From positions 1 to 28,607 of the forward strand of contig JAUXAK010000001.1 in assembly GCA_030619955.1 (NCBI GenBank): 28,607 nucleotides of DNA, in the 5' to 3' direction. Positions 1-9,445 of this stretch are shown here, piece by piece. A program made the position numbers and the translations under genes. The DNA is from an archaeon (GTDB taxonomy: Archaea > Nanobdellota > Nanobdellia > Pacearchaeales > UBA284). Numbering within the stretch: the stretch's first letter is position 1; every line of letters begins with the position of its first letter. The notes beneath the pieces are model-generated. The model did no database searches, was not told the DNA's origin, and was given only the letters and a program-made list of their open reading frames with translations.

Positions 1-59
1 CTTCAAAGTAGTAAACTAAACCAAGGATTTATAAAGGAGTTATTATTTTATAGATTAAA

Positions 60-1244
60 ATGACAGTTCAATTAGATACTTTACTGGAAAATTTACATTC
101 AGATGAAAATAGATTAAGATTTCTAAGAAGCATATATACCCCTGGGAATACCAAAGTTGCAGATAGAATTCTTGTTTTGAGTGAAGATTCTTCAGTTATT
201 GAGCGAGAAGTAACACATGCAAAAAAAGCTGGAGATACAGATAGATTTAGAGATATGGGAAGAGAATATATTGATTATTGTGTTACACATGGCTTTGATA
301 TTCAATTAAGAAATATTGTAATTAGATGGCAAGATCCAGAGTTAGCTGATTATGCTATTGCTCAAATGACTTCCAAATCTGAAACTGACCGAAAACTAGA
401 GGATTCATTTAAGTATAGTGCTGAGATTGCACGAGCATTTGGTAAAGAAGATGTTGCAAGAGCAAATCTTGAGAGATTGTTAGCTCTACAAGAAAGAGAT
501 TCTAAATACAAATTTCCAGCAGCTCAAACATTAAAGAAACTTGGAAGATTCGATGAAGCAATTGATAGATATTTGGCTTGTGGTGGATATGGTGAGTTAG
601 GTAATGCAATGGATTTAGCAAGAGAACATTCTTCAAACAGAGTATCAAAAGTTGCCCAAAGAGGATTTGATTCATTTGATGTTAAAAATGGCTTTGCAGA
701 ATTTTATGTTGGGTGTGCTGAAGTTTTGGGAAAAACAAAAGATGCAGAGAAAGTTTTAGTTAAGTACGCAAAGAAAGTGAAAGTTGAAAGATCACCAAGA
801 TTCTATAATGATGTTGTGAAAGCTCTTGTTTCATTAGGACAAGAAAAGGTAGCTAGAAAGCTTGTTGAAAGAGTCGCGCAACATGGAGAACAAGTAAAAG
901 CAAGCGAGAAATATCATAAATTTGATAGATCTGAAGAGATGGCTCAATTGTATCACACAATTGGTGAAACTGATGCTGTAAGAAATATTTATACAAAAAG
1001 AATTGAGACAAGAATAAGAGAAGGACATCATCCATCAAATACTATAAATGATATAAACAAAGCAATTGAACTTACAGGAGACAGAATAACTTTCATGAAA
1101 AAAAGACTTCTGTTGCATGAAAAACAAGAAGAATATGAACAAGCTTCAAAATTAGCTACAGAATTAGGTAAGCCAGAACTTGCAGAAAATTATATGCTTA
1201 TGCATCAAATGGTCCAATCAGTTCAAGCCCAGCCTAGTAAATAA
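60..1244 (+). CDS. Hypothetical alpha-helical repeat (TPR-like) protein, 394 aa
   Basis: Long ORF with TATA-like TTTATAAA at 28-35. Recurring helical-repeat-like segments (FPAAQTLKKLGRFDEAIDRY; EMAQLYHTIGETDAV; YEQASKLATELGKPELAENY). No catalytic motif recognised. Confidence 0.6.
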   Translation: MTVQLDTLLENLHSDENRLRFLRSIYTPGNTKVADRILVLSEDSSVIEREVTHAKKAGDTDRFRDMGREYIDYCVTHGFDIQLRNIVIRWQDPELADYAIAQMTSKSETDRKLEDSFKYSAEIARAFGKEDVARANLERLLALQERDSKYKFPAAQTLKKLGRFDEAIDRYLACGGYGELGNAMDLAREHSSNRVSKVAQRGFDSFDVKNGFAEFYVGCAEVLGKTKDAEKVLVKYAKKVKVERSPRFYNDVVKALVSLGQEKVARKLVERVAQHGEQVKASEKYHKFDRSEEMAQLYHTIGETDAVRNIYTKRIETRIREGHHPSNTINDINKAIELTGDRITFMKKRLLLHEKQEEYEQASKLATELGKPELAENYMLMHQMVQSVQAQPSK

Positions 1245-1389
1245 AGTCATTAAAAAGATTTTTTTCTTTCTATTTTTTTAGGAAACCCATTTTTCTCGTT
1301 GTAAAAAGTAAGAATTTTATTGAATATAAAACACCTATTTAGCGAATAATCATTTCACTAAATAATAAATATTTAAAAGAATAAAATTT

Positions 1390-1974
1390 TTACTTCCCTT
1401 TTCTTTTCCAAGCTCTCAAGCTTGGCCTGACTTTAATTGCTCTTTTGCCTTTTTTTCTCAATCCTCTTGATTTTCTTGCTGCAGATGTTAAGCCTCTAAA
1501 AACTCTTCTTTTATTTTTTTTGCTGGCTATCCAGCTTATTTTTTTATCTGCAAGAATTTCTGGCCTGCTTGTATCAACTAAAATAACTTCATAAAAATAA
1601 TGCATTCCATCTTTAGCTAACCAATAAGAGTTTAGAACTTCAAGATTTGGAAATTTTCTTGCTACTCTTTGTTCTGCAACCCACTGATAATTCATTTTTA
1701 ATGTTTTCCTTATTGTTTGTCTTTTGCTTCTTCTGCCGCCTTTTGGTTTTGGTCTTTTTCTGCCTCCTCTTTTTATCCTGATTCTTGCTATAACAAAACC
1801 AGGTTTTGCTTTATAGCCTAAAGCTCTAGCTTTATCAAGCCTTGTTGGTTTTTCAACTCTTTCAACAACTTTGCTCCTTCTCCATTTTATAAGACGCTGA
1901 CGCCACAGCTCACCAAGATTTTCTTTAGGCTTTTTCCATGCTTCTCTAATATAATGATACATCCCTTTTACCAT
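1390..1974 (-). CDS. rpl15e: 50S ribosomal protein L15e
   Basis: Family signature: [71 protein letters not shown]. Confidence 0.98.
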   Translation of the reverse strand: MVKGMYHYIREAWKKPKENLGELWRQRLIKWRRSKVVERVEKPTRLDKARALGYKAKPGFVIARIRIKRGGRKRPKPKGGRRSKRQTIRKTLKMNYQWVAEQRVARKFPNLEVLNSYWLAKDGMHYFYEVILVDTSRPEILADKKISWIASKKNKRRVFRGLTSAARKSRGLRKKGKRAIKVRPSLRAWKRKGK

Positions 1975-2121
1975 TTTCTATTCTCACTAAAAAGCACTTG
2001 TTTTTAAATTTTCTTATTTTTTGTTTTGCAATTTTTTCTTTGTTATGGTGATTAGAAAACTTTTTAAAAAGAAAATCATATAAATATGATAATATAATAA
2101 AAAGATGGAGAAAAAGAAAAA

Positions 2122-2313
2122 ATGAATAAATGGCTTGAATTGTTAATTGGCATAATTCTTGTAGTTATACCAATTCTTGCTGCTGTTTTTGACTGGTTTA
2201 GCATTAATTTAGGACAAGCAACTCTTGATTTCATTAAAGGCGGGATAGTAATTGTGGTAATATTAATAGGAATATTATTAGTGGTGCTTGGAATTAGTGA
2301 TATAAAGGGCTGA
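2122..2313 (+). CDS. Small two-TM membrane protein, 63 aa
   Basis: Two hydrophobic stretches (LLIGIILVVIPILAAVF; GGIVIVVILIGILLVVLGI). Purine-rich ggagaaaa element upstream. Confidence 0.7.
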   Translation: MNKWLELLIGIILVVIPILAAVFDWFSINLGQATLDFIKGGIVIVVILIGILLVVLGISDIKG

Positions 2314-2393
2314 ACAAACTAAGGAAAAGAAGACTAAAAAAGCAAAGATTGCAGGATAATAAAAAATATTAATGGGTTTTATCTTAATTATTT

Positions 2394-3635
2394 ATGCAAT
2401 CTCAATCACTTTGTATAAGATGTAAGGGCAGAGGCTGGTGTGGAAAGCCATGTAAAATTCTTTTGAGATTGAAAAAGTTTCAGCCAAAAATTTCTTTGGA
2501 ATTTTCAGGAAGTTCGCCTCCTGAGATTTTTGTTGGCAAATATAATTATCCAAATGTATTTACAGGAATTCTTGCTCCTGCAGAATATGGCAGTACAGAA
2601 AAATTAAGTATGCCTGAATCATGGCATGCTGAACAAGCTTCAATTCAAGATATTCTAACATATCGTTCCAGAATGATTTATTCAAGATTCACTTCAAATA
2701 TAAAAAATAAAAAAAAAACACAAAGACAATCAAGTCAACAAAAAAAGCTCTTAGATTTAATGCAAGAAATTTCTTTAGCTAGTAAGTCAGTTGATATAAA
2801 TTTTCAGCTAAAGAAAAAACCAGTTATGAAGTTTTCACTTGATTCTCATATGCCTATAATTGGGAATCCTGCCCCATTAAAATCAGCAAAACTTGAATCA
2901 AATCCTAAAATAGAAAAGAAAGTTGATTATCTTACAAATGATATTGATGCTAAAGCAACCACAGCAATTAATGAACTTTATAAGTCAAAAATTGCTATTA
3001 GCAATATTATTAAAATTCTAAGTGCAGGCATGCTTGGCTTAAAGATTCAGAGAAAACTTGTTCCAACAAGATGGGCTGTAAGTGCAACAGATGATTTAAT
3101 ATCAAAAAAGTTACTTGAAAAAATTAAATACTATCAACAAGTTTCATCATATCTTTTGTTTAGTGCAGATTATCTTGGAAATTATTATAACATCATTTTG
3201 ATTCCAGGATGCTGGAGTTTTGAGGTTATTGAAGCTTCTGCTAAAGGTTATTTTGGGCAGGGCAGTATTGCAACATGGAATGATTATGAATTTTTTTATG
3301 GAAGAAAAAAATATGCAAATAGTGTAACAGGAGCTTATTATGCTAATCGTCTTTCAGTTTGTGAATATCTTGAAAAAATCAAGAGACAAGCTTCTGTTCT
3401 TGTGCTAAGAGAGGTTCGGGAAGAATATTTTGCTCCTTGTGGAGTCGGCATCTTAAGAGAAGTTACAAGAAAAGCCATGTCAAAGAAGCCAGAAAAATTT
3501 GATACAATAGAACAAACATTAAAAAGAATTCAAACACAATTCAAATTACCTTTAGAAATTTTCACAAACAAAAGCAAGTTGTTGAGTAATTTAAAAAAAC
3601 AAACACGGCTTGAGAGATTTTTACAAAAATCTTAA
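2394..3635 (+). CDS. nreA: Nre family PCNA-interacting DNA repair protein
   Basis: N-terminal CxxCKGRxxCGKxxC, GSSPPEIFVG, LVPTRWAVSATDD, GAYYANRL, APCGVGILRE. C-terminal PIP-like QTRLERFL. Confidence 0.93.
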   Translation: MQSQSLCIRCKGRGWCGKPCKILLRLKKFQPKISLEFSGSSPPEIFVGKYNYPNVFTGILAPAEYGSTEKLSMPESWHAEQASIQDILTYRSRMIYSRFTSNIKNKKKTQRQSSQQKKLLDLMQEISLASKSVDINFQLKKKPVMKFSLDSHMPIIGNPAPLKSAKLESNPKIEKKVDYLTNDIDAKATTAINELYKSKIAISNIIKILSAGMLGLKIQRKLVPTRWAVSATDDLISKKLLEKIKYYQQVSSYLLFSADYLGNYYNIILIPGCWSFEVIEASAKGYFGQGSIATWNDYEFFYGRKKYANSVTGAYYANRLSVCEYLEKIKRQASVLVLREVREEYFAPCGVGILREVTRKAMSKKPEKFDTIEQTLKRIQTQFKLPLEIFTNKSKLLSNLKKQTRLERFLQKS

Positions 3636-4340
3636 AGACCACATTAAACCTAAACCAATAAGGATAAAAATAAACTGCAGAACTGATTCTGAAACCTTGA
3701 TTCTCTTATGAAGCTCGGGAATCAAGTCAGTTGATGCTATATAAATGAAGCCGCCAGCTGCAAAGGGCAGGAGAAAAGTTACATCTAAACTGCGACTTAA
3801 AAAATAACCAACTATTGCTCCAAGAATTGCTGTCAGGGCACTTAAGAAATTATAAAATAAAGCCTTACCTTTACTAAAACCACCATAAACTAAAACCCCA
3901 AAATCACCAATTTCTTGAGGAATTTCATGCAAGATTATTGCAATTGTTGTTGTGATTCCAAGGCTAATGTTAATTAGATAAGCTGCTGCAATAATCAAGC
4001 CGTCAATAAAATTATGTAAACCATCTCCTAGAAGAATAATCTGGCTAAAAGTGTGTTCAGGGCATTTGCCTTTATGGCAATGTCTCCAATGAAGAAATTT
4101 TTCCAGCACAAAGAAAACAAGAATTCCTGAAATGATGAACAAAGAAGTTTTTTCTATGCCCAAATCAAGGGACTCTGGCAAAAGATGAAAAAAAGCTCCT
4201 CCGAGCAAGGCTCCTGAAGCTAAAGCAACTAAAAGAATCAAAATTTTGTTAAGAAATTTTTTTTTAAGAGCAAGAAAGAAAATTCCAATAAAAGATATGA
4301 AGCTTACTATAACCACAGAAATTAAAATCCAAAGCAACAT
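3621..4340 (-). CDS. ZIP (ZupT/GufA-like) divalent metal transporter
   Basis: Multiple TM helices, GAFFHLLPE, HWRHCH loop, GDGLHNFIDG, HEIPQEIGDF. Overlaps the nre stop convergently by 15 bp. Confidence 0.93.
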   Translation of the reverse strand: MLLWILISVVIVSFISFIGIFFLALKKKFLNKILILLVALASGALLGGAFFHLLPESLDLGIEKTSLFIISGILVFFVLEKFLHWRHCHKGKCPEHTFSQIILLGDGLHNFIDGLIIAAAYLINISLGITTTIAIILHEIPQEIGDFGVLVYGGFSKGKALFYNFLSALTAILGAIVGYFLSRSLDVTFLLPFAAGGFIYIASTDLIPELHKRIKVSESVLQFIFILIGLGLMWSLRFL

Positions 4341-4346
4341 CTTTTT

Positions 4347-4928
4347 TTATCTTGATTTGAAAGCTTTTTCAAAAATTTTTTTATTTTCCTTTAAAAATTT
4401 TTTATTTATTCTTTCTTCAATTGCTTGCCAAACAAGTTTTTTCTTTAATGGCAAGAGTCTTTTTTTAATTGCATAGCCTAGCATAAACATATTAACCATT
4501 GTAATGTCTTTTGTTTCTTTTTTAACTATAGAATCTGCATCCACTAAATGTAAATTTTTAGTGAATTTTTTTATCTTGCTAAGAACTTGTTTTAATTTTG
4601 AAGAGGATCTGAATATTTTTGAATTTGTTAAAACTTTTGTTTTTTTATTTGCCCAATAACAAGCACGTAATGCTTCAGAAGCATCAAGAGCAATTATTAA
4701 ATCTGCCCTGCCTCGCGTGACAAGAGGTGAATAAATGCTTTTACCAAATCTTATATGGCATTCTAAAGAACCGCTTCTTTGGGCAAGTCCATGTAATTCA
4801 GCTTCTTTAACATCATATCTTTGTTTTAAAGCTGCTTTAGCAATTATATCAGCAAGAGTTAAGATTCCTTGGCCTCCATAACCTGTTACAATTAAATTAA
4901 ATGGTTTCATTTTTGTTTCTTTTTTCAT
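4347..4928 (-). CDS. iorB: Indolepyruvate:ferredoxin oxidoreductase beta subunit
   Basis: GYGGQGILTLA, ELHGLAQRSGS, HIRFG, NMFMLG. Start placed at the ATG at 4928, which overlaps the methyltransferase stop (ATGA), instead of 4952. Confidence 0.9.
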   Translation of the reverse strand: MKKETKMKPFNLIVTGYGGQGILTLADIIAKAALKQRYDVKEAELHGLAQRSGSLECHIRFGKSIYSPLVTRGRADLIIALDASEALRACYWANKKTKVLTNSKIFRSSSKLKQVLSKIKKFTKNLHLVDADSIVKKETKDITMVNMFMLGYAIKKRLLPLKKKLVWQAIEERINKKFLKENKKIFEKAFKSR

Positions 4929-5665
4929 TTTACCTTTACCTTCCAAGTGCAAAAATAAGGCATGTTAGTCCATAATTTGTAATCTTTTGGAAATAGCTTT
5001 TTTGCTTTTTTTAAAGGATATGCATCTTCATAATCTATGAGCTCGAAACCAGATTTCACAATTGTTTTAATTATTGTGCCATAGGTTTTATGATAAAAAC
5101 TCATAGTTATCTTTTTTCCTGATCCAATGAACCACTTTTCCTTTAACAAACATTCTTTGAAATAATCCTCTACAATCCTAAACTTTTTTCCTTTATACAT
5201 TCTTTTTTTAATAACTTCGATAACTGGATTACTTGTAGAAAATACAAACATCCCTTTATTTTTTAAGACTCTTCTGACTTCTTTAAATACACCATACCAC
5301 TCCTTTAGATAGTTTATTGATAGAGCAGCAAGAATAATGTCGAATTCTTTGTTTTTATATGGCAGATTATCCATATTTCCAACTTTAAACTCCACTTTTG
5401 GATTTTCTTTTTTAGCTATCTTTATCATTTCTTCTGATATATCTATACCTTTAATTTTTGCTCCCTTTTTTGTAAGTATTTTAGCATAAATTCCTGTTCC
5501 ACAGCCGAGATCAAGTATTTTCTTTCCTTTTACATTTCCAAGAAGTTTTAGAGTAGTTGGCATTTCTAACATTTCATTATAAAACCATCCTTGCCCTCTT
5601 GTTCTGAGTTTATGATACCTCTTAGCTATTATGTTGTACTTTTTTCTTACTTCAATTTCTTTCAT
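4925..5665 (-). CDS. Class I SAM-dependent methyltransferase
   Basis: Motif I ILDLGCGTG, GIDIS, LPYKNKEFDII, EVRRVLKNKGMFVFS. Confidence 0.93.
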   Translation of the reverse strand: MKEIEVRKKYNIIAKRYHKLRTRGQGWFYNEMLEMPTTLKLLGNVKGKKILDLGCGTGIYAKILTKKGAKIKGIDISEEMIKIAKKENPKVEFKVGNMDNLPYKNKEFDIILAALSINYLKEWYGVFKEVRRVLKNKGMFVFSTSNPVIEVIKKRMYKGKKFRIVEDYFKECLLKEKWFIGSGKKITMSFYHKTYGTIIKTIVKSGFELIDYEDAYPLKKAKKLFPKDYKLWTNMPYFCTWKVKVK

Positions 5666-7482
5666 TTTTTCTTAACTTTAATATAATCAGGAAAAAGCTG
5701 CTTGCAAATTGTGCAGCCCCAGCATAAATTTTTATCTATGATCCATTTGCCTTTTTCTTTTTTTATTGCAGGGCATTGAAATCCAGCAAGCTCATTTAAT
5801 TTTGGATTTTGCTTTATTATTTCAAATCTTGGCCAGTCTCTGCCTGCTTTTGCTAATTGTTTTACTGCAAAAAGCCTGCATTCTCCCTTGGCTATAAGAA
5901 CTGAAACACCTTTAGAGTTATAAGCTTCTTTCACATCTTTACAAAGTTGATTGAAATTCCAAACATTGGATATTTTAACAAAATTAACTTTGCAAGCTTT
6001 AGCAATATTTTCAATAGCTATGATTTTTGTCAGTTCCCCTGTTCCTGTCCAGCCAGTTCCTGGATGTGGTTGCTGGCCTGTCATTGCTGTTAATCTGTTG
6101 TCAAGAATAACAACCAAGGCATTAGATTTATTATAAACTAAATTAAGCAGGGCTGGAATTCCTGCATGGAAAAAAGTGCTGTCACCTATAAAAATTACTG
6201 GCTTTTCATTGCTAGATTTTGCTATTCCATGGCTTACACCTATTGAAGCACCCATTGAAACAACAAAGTCATACATTTCATAAGGGGGAAAAGCTCCTAA
6301 CATATAACATCCTATATCACCACCAAAAATCTTTTTTTTGCCAAGCACTTTTTTTATAGCATAAAAAGTGCTGCGATGGGGACAGCCAGCACAAAACAAA
6401 GGTAATCTTGCTGGAATTTCAGATGATTTAAATTTTTTAATGTTTTCAACAAGTTCATCAGGCAAAGATTTTTTTAATATTGTTGAAATGCTTGCTAAAA
6501 CATATTCAGGTTTTAACTCTTCTGTTTCTGGAAATAAATTTTTACCATAAATCTTTATATTTTTATCAGCCAGCTTTTTTACTTCATTTTCAATCACAGG
6601 ATCAAGCTCTTCTACAACTATAACTGATTTCAATTTCAGATTTTTTAAAAAAGTTTTAACTTTTTTTTCAGGAAAAGGATATGAAAATCCTATTTTTAAT
6701 AAAGGTAGCTTTATCTTCAGCTCTTGCTCTGTTTCCTTGACATAGTTATAAGCTGGGCCTGTTGTAATAATCCCTATATTGCCTTTACCTTTCTCAATAA
6801 AGTTGAGTGTAGAATTTTCAGCCAGTTGTTTTATTTTATTTATTTTTTTAAGCAGCTTTTTATGTCTTTCAACTGTTTGATAACTTCCTAATTTAAACCA
6901 GCTTTTTTTGAATTTTCCTTTTGTTTTTCCTTTAATAGTCTTATTAAAATTAACTAGTGATTTTGAATAACAAACTCTTGTAGTTAATCTTACAATCACT
7001 GGTATTTTATATTTATAAGCAAGCTGAAAAGCAAACTTAGTCATGTCTTTTGTTTCTTGACTGTCACTTGGCTCTAAAGTTGGAATATGCCCTAATTTTG
7101 AAAACCATCTTGAGTCTTGTTCTGTTTGTACTGAACTAAAACAGCTAGGGTCATCTGCTACTGCAACAACAAGAGGACACTCAAGATAAACAATAGGCAG
7201 TAAACTGTCAAGAGCTACATTTAAACCATAATGTTTGAAAGAAACCAAAGCTTTAACATTTGAAAAAGCAGCTCCTGCAGCTGCTTCCAGCGCAACTTTT
7301 TCATTTGTTGAATATTCAAAATAAATTTTTTCTGTTTTAGATATTTTTGCAAAAGTATCTCCTATCTCACTTGCAGGAGTTCCAGGATATGCTGAAGCAA
7401 AGCCTATTCCTGATTCAAGAGCACCTCTAACAATAGCTTCATTTCCAAATAAAAAACCTCTTTTTTTATTTAAAAGTTCCAT
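5662..7482 (-). CDS. iorA: Indolepyruvate:ferredoxin oxidoreductase alpha subunit
   Basis: GNEAIVRGALE, YPGTPASEI, NEKVALE, KHYGLNVA, FCAGCPHR, GDIGCY, TPP-binding GDSTFFHAG...DNRLTAMTG, partial C-terminal ferredoxin domain. Confidence 0.95.
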   Translation of the reverse strand: MELLNKKRGFLFGNEAIVRGALESGIGFASAYPGTPASEIGDTFAKISKTEKIYFEYSTNEKVALEAAAGAAFSNVKALVSFKHYGLNVALDSLLPIVYLECPLVVAVADDPSCFSSVQTEQDSRWFSKLGHIPTLEPSDSQETKDMTKFAFQLAYKYKIPVIVRLTTRVCYSKSLVNFNKTIKGKTKGKFKKSWFKLGSYQTVERHKKLLKKINKIKQLAENSTLNFIEKGKGNIGIITTGPAYNYVKETEQELKIKLPLLKIGFSYPFPEKKVKTFLKNLKLKSVIVVEELDPVIENEVKKLADKNIKIYGKNLFPETEELKPEYVLASISTILKKSLPDELVENIKKFKSSEIPARLPLFCAGCPHRSTFYAIKKVLGKKKIFGGDIGCYMLGAFPPYEMYDFVVSMGASIGVSHGIAKSSNEKPVIFIGDSTFFHAGIPALLNLVYNKSNALVVILDNRLTAMTGQQPHPGTGWTGTGELTKIIAIENIAKACKVNFVKISNVWNFNQLCKDVKEAYNSKGVSVLIAKGECRLFAVKQLAKAGRDWPRFEIIKQNPKLNELAGFQCPAIKKEKGKWIIDKNLCWGCTICKQLFPDYIKVKKK

Positions 7483-7516
7483 CTTTTTCTATATCTTTTT
7501 TTATTTATTAAACTTT

Positions 7517-7867
7517 TTATTCAATTCTGCTTCCAAGCTCAATGTCTTTTTCTGGTATAAGGAGAATAACTTTTTCTTCCTTGCCTTGTTTATTTCTTTT
7601 TACTGCCGCAAGTATCATGCCTTCACTTTTAATTCCTCGAATTGTTGCTGGTTCAAGATTTGTAAAAACAACACATAACTTGTTTTTTAGCTCTTCTGGC
7701 TTATAATATTCTTTAAGTCCTGCAACAAGCTGCTTTTTTTCTTTTCCTAAATCAACAGTAAACAAATAAAGCTTGTCTGCATTTGGATGAGGTTTTACTT
7801 CAGTAATCTTTGCAATTCTCAAGTCAAGCTTTTGCCATTCTTTAAATGGAATTGTTTCTTTTGCCAT
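7517..7867 (-). CDS. Stand-alone tRNA-binding OB-fold (MetRS C-terminal domain / Trbp111 / CsaA family)
   Basis: KLDLRIAKI, HPNADKLY, VAGL, NLEPATIRGIKSEGMILAA. Starts 18 bp downstream of the metG stop. Confidence 0.93.
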   Translation of the reverse strand: MAKETIPFKEWQKLDLRIAKITEVKPHPNADKLYLFTVDLGKEKKQLVAGLKEYYKPEELKNKLCVVFTNLEPATIRGIKSEGMILAAVKRNKQGKEEKVILLIPEKDIELGSRIE

Positions 7868-7885
7868 TTTTATTTTGTTCCTTTT

Positions 7886-9445
7886 TTATAATCCCTTTCT
7901 AAGGCCTTTTTTCAATTCTCCACTTTTCGTTGCCTTCTTTAATCCATCTTCTAGCCCAATCTTCTTAAATAAAATTGGGGCTTTTTTAATTTTACTTAGT
8001 TTGAGCAAACTAGGCTTGCAGTCATCAAAGCTTTTAATTTCAAATTCAAATTGTTTTGCAATTTTTTCAGCTGTTTCTGGAATAAAAGGCCATAATAAAA
8101 TTGCTATGATTCTGGTTGAATCACTGACACTATATAAGATATTATTTAATTTTTCTTTGTCTTTTTCTTGCCATGGTTTTTTTTCTTGAATATAAGCATT
8201 ACAGTCATCAATAAAATCAAAAATTTTATGCAATGCTTTATCAAGCTCATAATCTTGCATGTGTTTCTGAATTTCCTTTAGCTTTAGTTTTTTGAAAAGT
8301 GTTTTATTTGCTTGACCTTGTTTAACTTGTTTTACCTTGGTATTTTGTTTTTCAGTTAAGCCTGCTGTTCTGCTGACAAGATTTCCTAGCTTGTCTGCAA
8401 GTTCATTGTTGTGTCTTGCTACAAGGGCTTTTTCATTAAAATCACCATCCTGGCCGAAAGGAATTTCTCTAAGCAAAAAATATCTGAAGCTATCAACACC
8501 ATAGCTTTCAGTAATAGAAAAAGGATCTATAACTAATCCAGTTGTCTTGCTTATTTTTTCACCTTTAATATTTATAAAACCATGCACAAGAATTGTCTTT
8601 GGAATCTCTATATCTGCTGCAATCAACAATGAAGGCCATATTACACTATGAAACCAATTTATATCCTTGCCTATAACATGAACATCAGCTGGCCAATATT
8701 TTTTATACTTTCCCTTAGGATATTCTAAAGCTGAAATATAATTTGTTAAAGCATCTATCCAAACATAAATTGTATGTTCTTTGTCAAAAGGAACAGGAAT
8801 TCCCCACTTTAGGTTTTTTCTAGAAACACACAAGTCTTTCAAGCCTTGTTCTTTTATTCTGCTGAGCATTTCTTTTCTTTTTGCTTCTGGTACGACAAAG
8901 TACTTTTTCTCCAAAAGCTGTGTAATTCTATCTTGATATAAACTTAGCTTAAAGAAATAAGCTTCTTCTTTTAATAGCTCAAGTTGAAGATTAGGATGTT
9001 CTGGACATTTGCCAGTTACAAGTTCTTTCTCAGTTTTGAAAGCTTCGCAACCAGTACAGTAAAGACCTTCATAATTTCCTTTGTAGATCAAATCTTTTTT
9101 ATGCAGAAGTTCAAAAATTTGTTGAGCAACTTTTTTATGTCTTTCTTCTATTGTTCTAATAAAATCATCATTGCTTATTTGAAGCTTTTTACAAAGCTTA
9201 ATAAATAGCTTGGCATTACTATCAACAAACTGCTTTATAGCAATTTTAGCTTTTTTTGCAGCTTTAACATTTTTTTGTGCATTTTCATCAGTTCCAGTCA
9301 AAAAGAAAACATCTTCTCCAAGAAGTTTATGCCATCTTGCAATACAATCAGCTGCTATTTTTTCATATGCATGACCCAGATGAGGACTTGCATTTACATA
9401 ATCTATTGCAGTTGTAATATAAAACTTCTTTTTTTTGTCTGCCAT
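7886..9445 (-). CDS. metG: Methionine--tRNA ligase (catalytic and anticodon-binding domains, no C-terminal OB fold)
   Basis: FYITTAIDYVN, HIGH-type HLGH, LTGTDENAQK, CxxC..CxxH knuckle, WGIPVP, YVWIDAL, IGKDI, KMSKS-equivalent KISKT, LGNLVSR. Confidence 0.96.
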   Translation of the reverse strand: MADKKKKFYITTAIDYVNASPHLGHAYEKIAADCIARWHKLLGEDVFFLTGTDENAQKNVKAAKKAKIAIKQFVDSNAKLFIKLCKKLQISNDDFIRTIEERHKKVAQQIFELLHKKDLIYKGNYEGLYCTGCEAFKTEKELVTGKCPEHPNLQLELLKEEAYFFKLSLYQDRITQLLEKKYFVVPEAKRKEMLSRIKEQGLKDLCVSRKNLKWGIPVPFDKEHTIYVWIDALTNYISALEYPKGKYKKYWPADVHVIGKDINWFHSVIWPSLLIAADIEIPKTILVHGFINIKGEKISKTTGLVIDPFSITESYGVDSFRYFLLREIPFGQDGDFNEKALVARHNNELADKLGNLVSRTAGLTEKQNTKVKQVKQGQANKTLFKKLKLKEIQKHMQDYELDKALHKIFDFIDDCNAYIQEKKPWQEKDKEKLNNILYSVSDSTRIIAILLWPFIPETAEKIAKQFEFEIKSFDDCKPSLLKLSKIKKAPILFKKIGLEDGLKKATKSGELKKGLRKGL

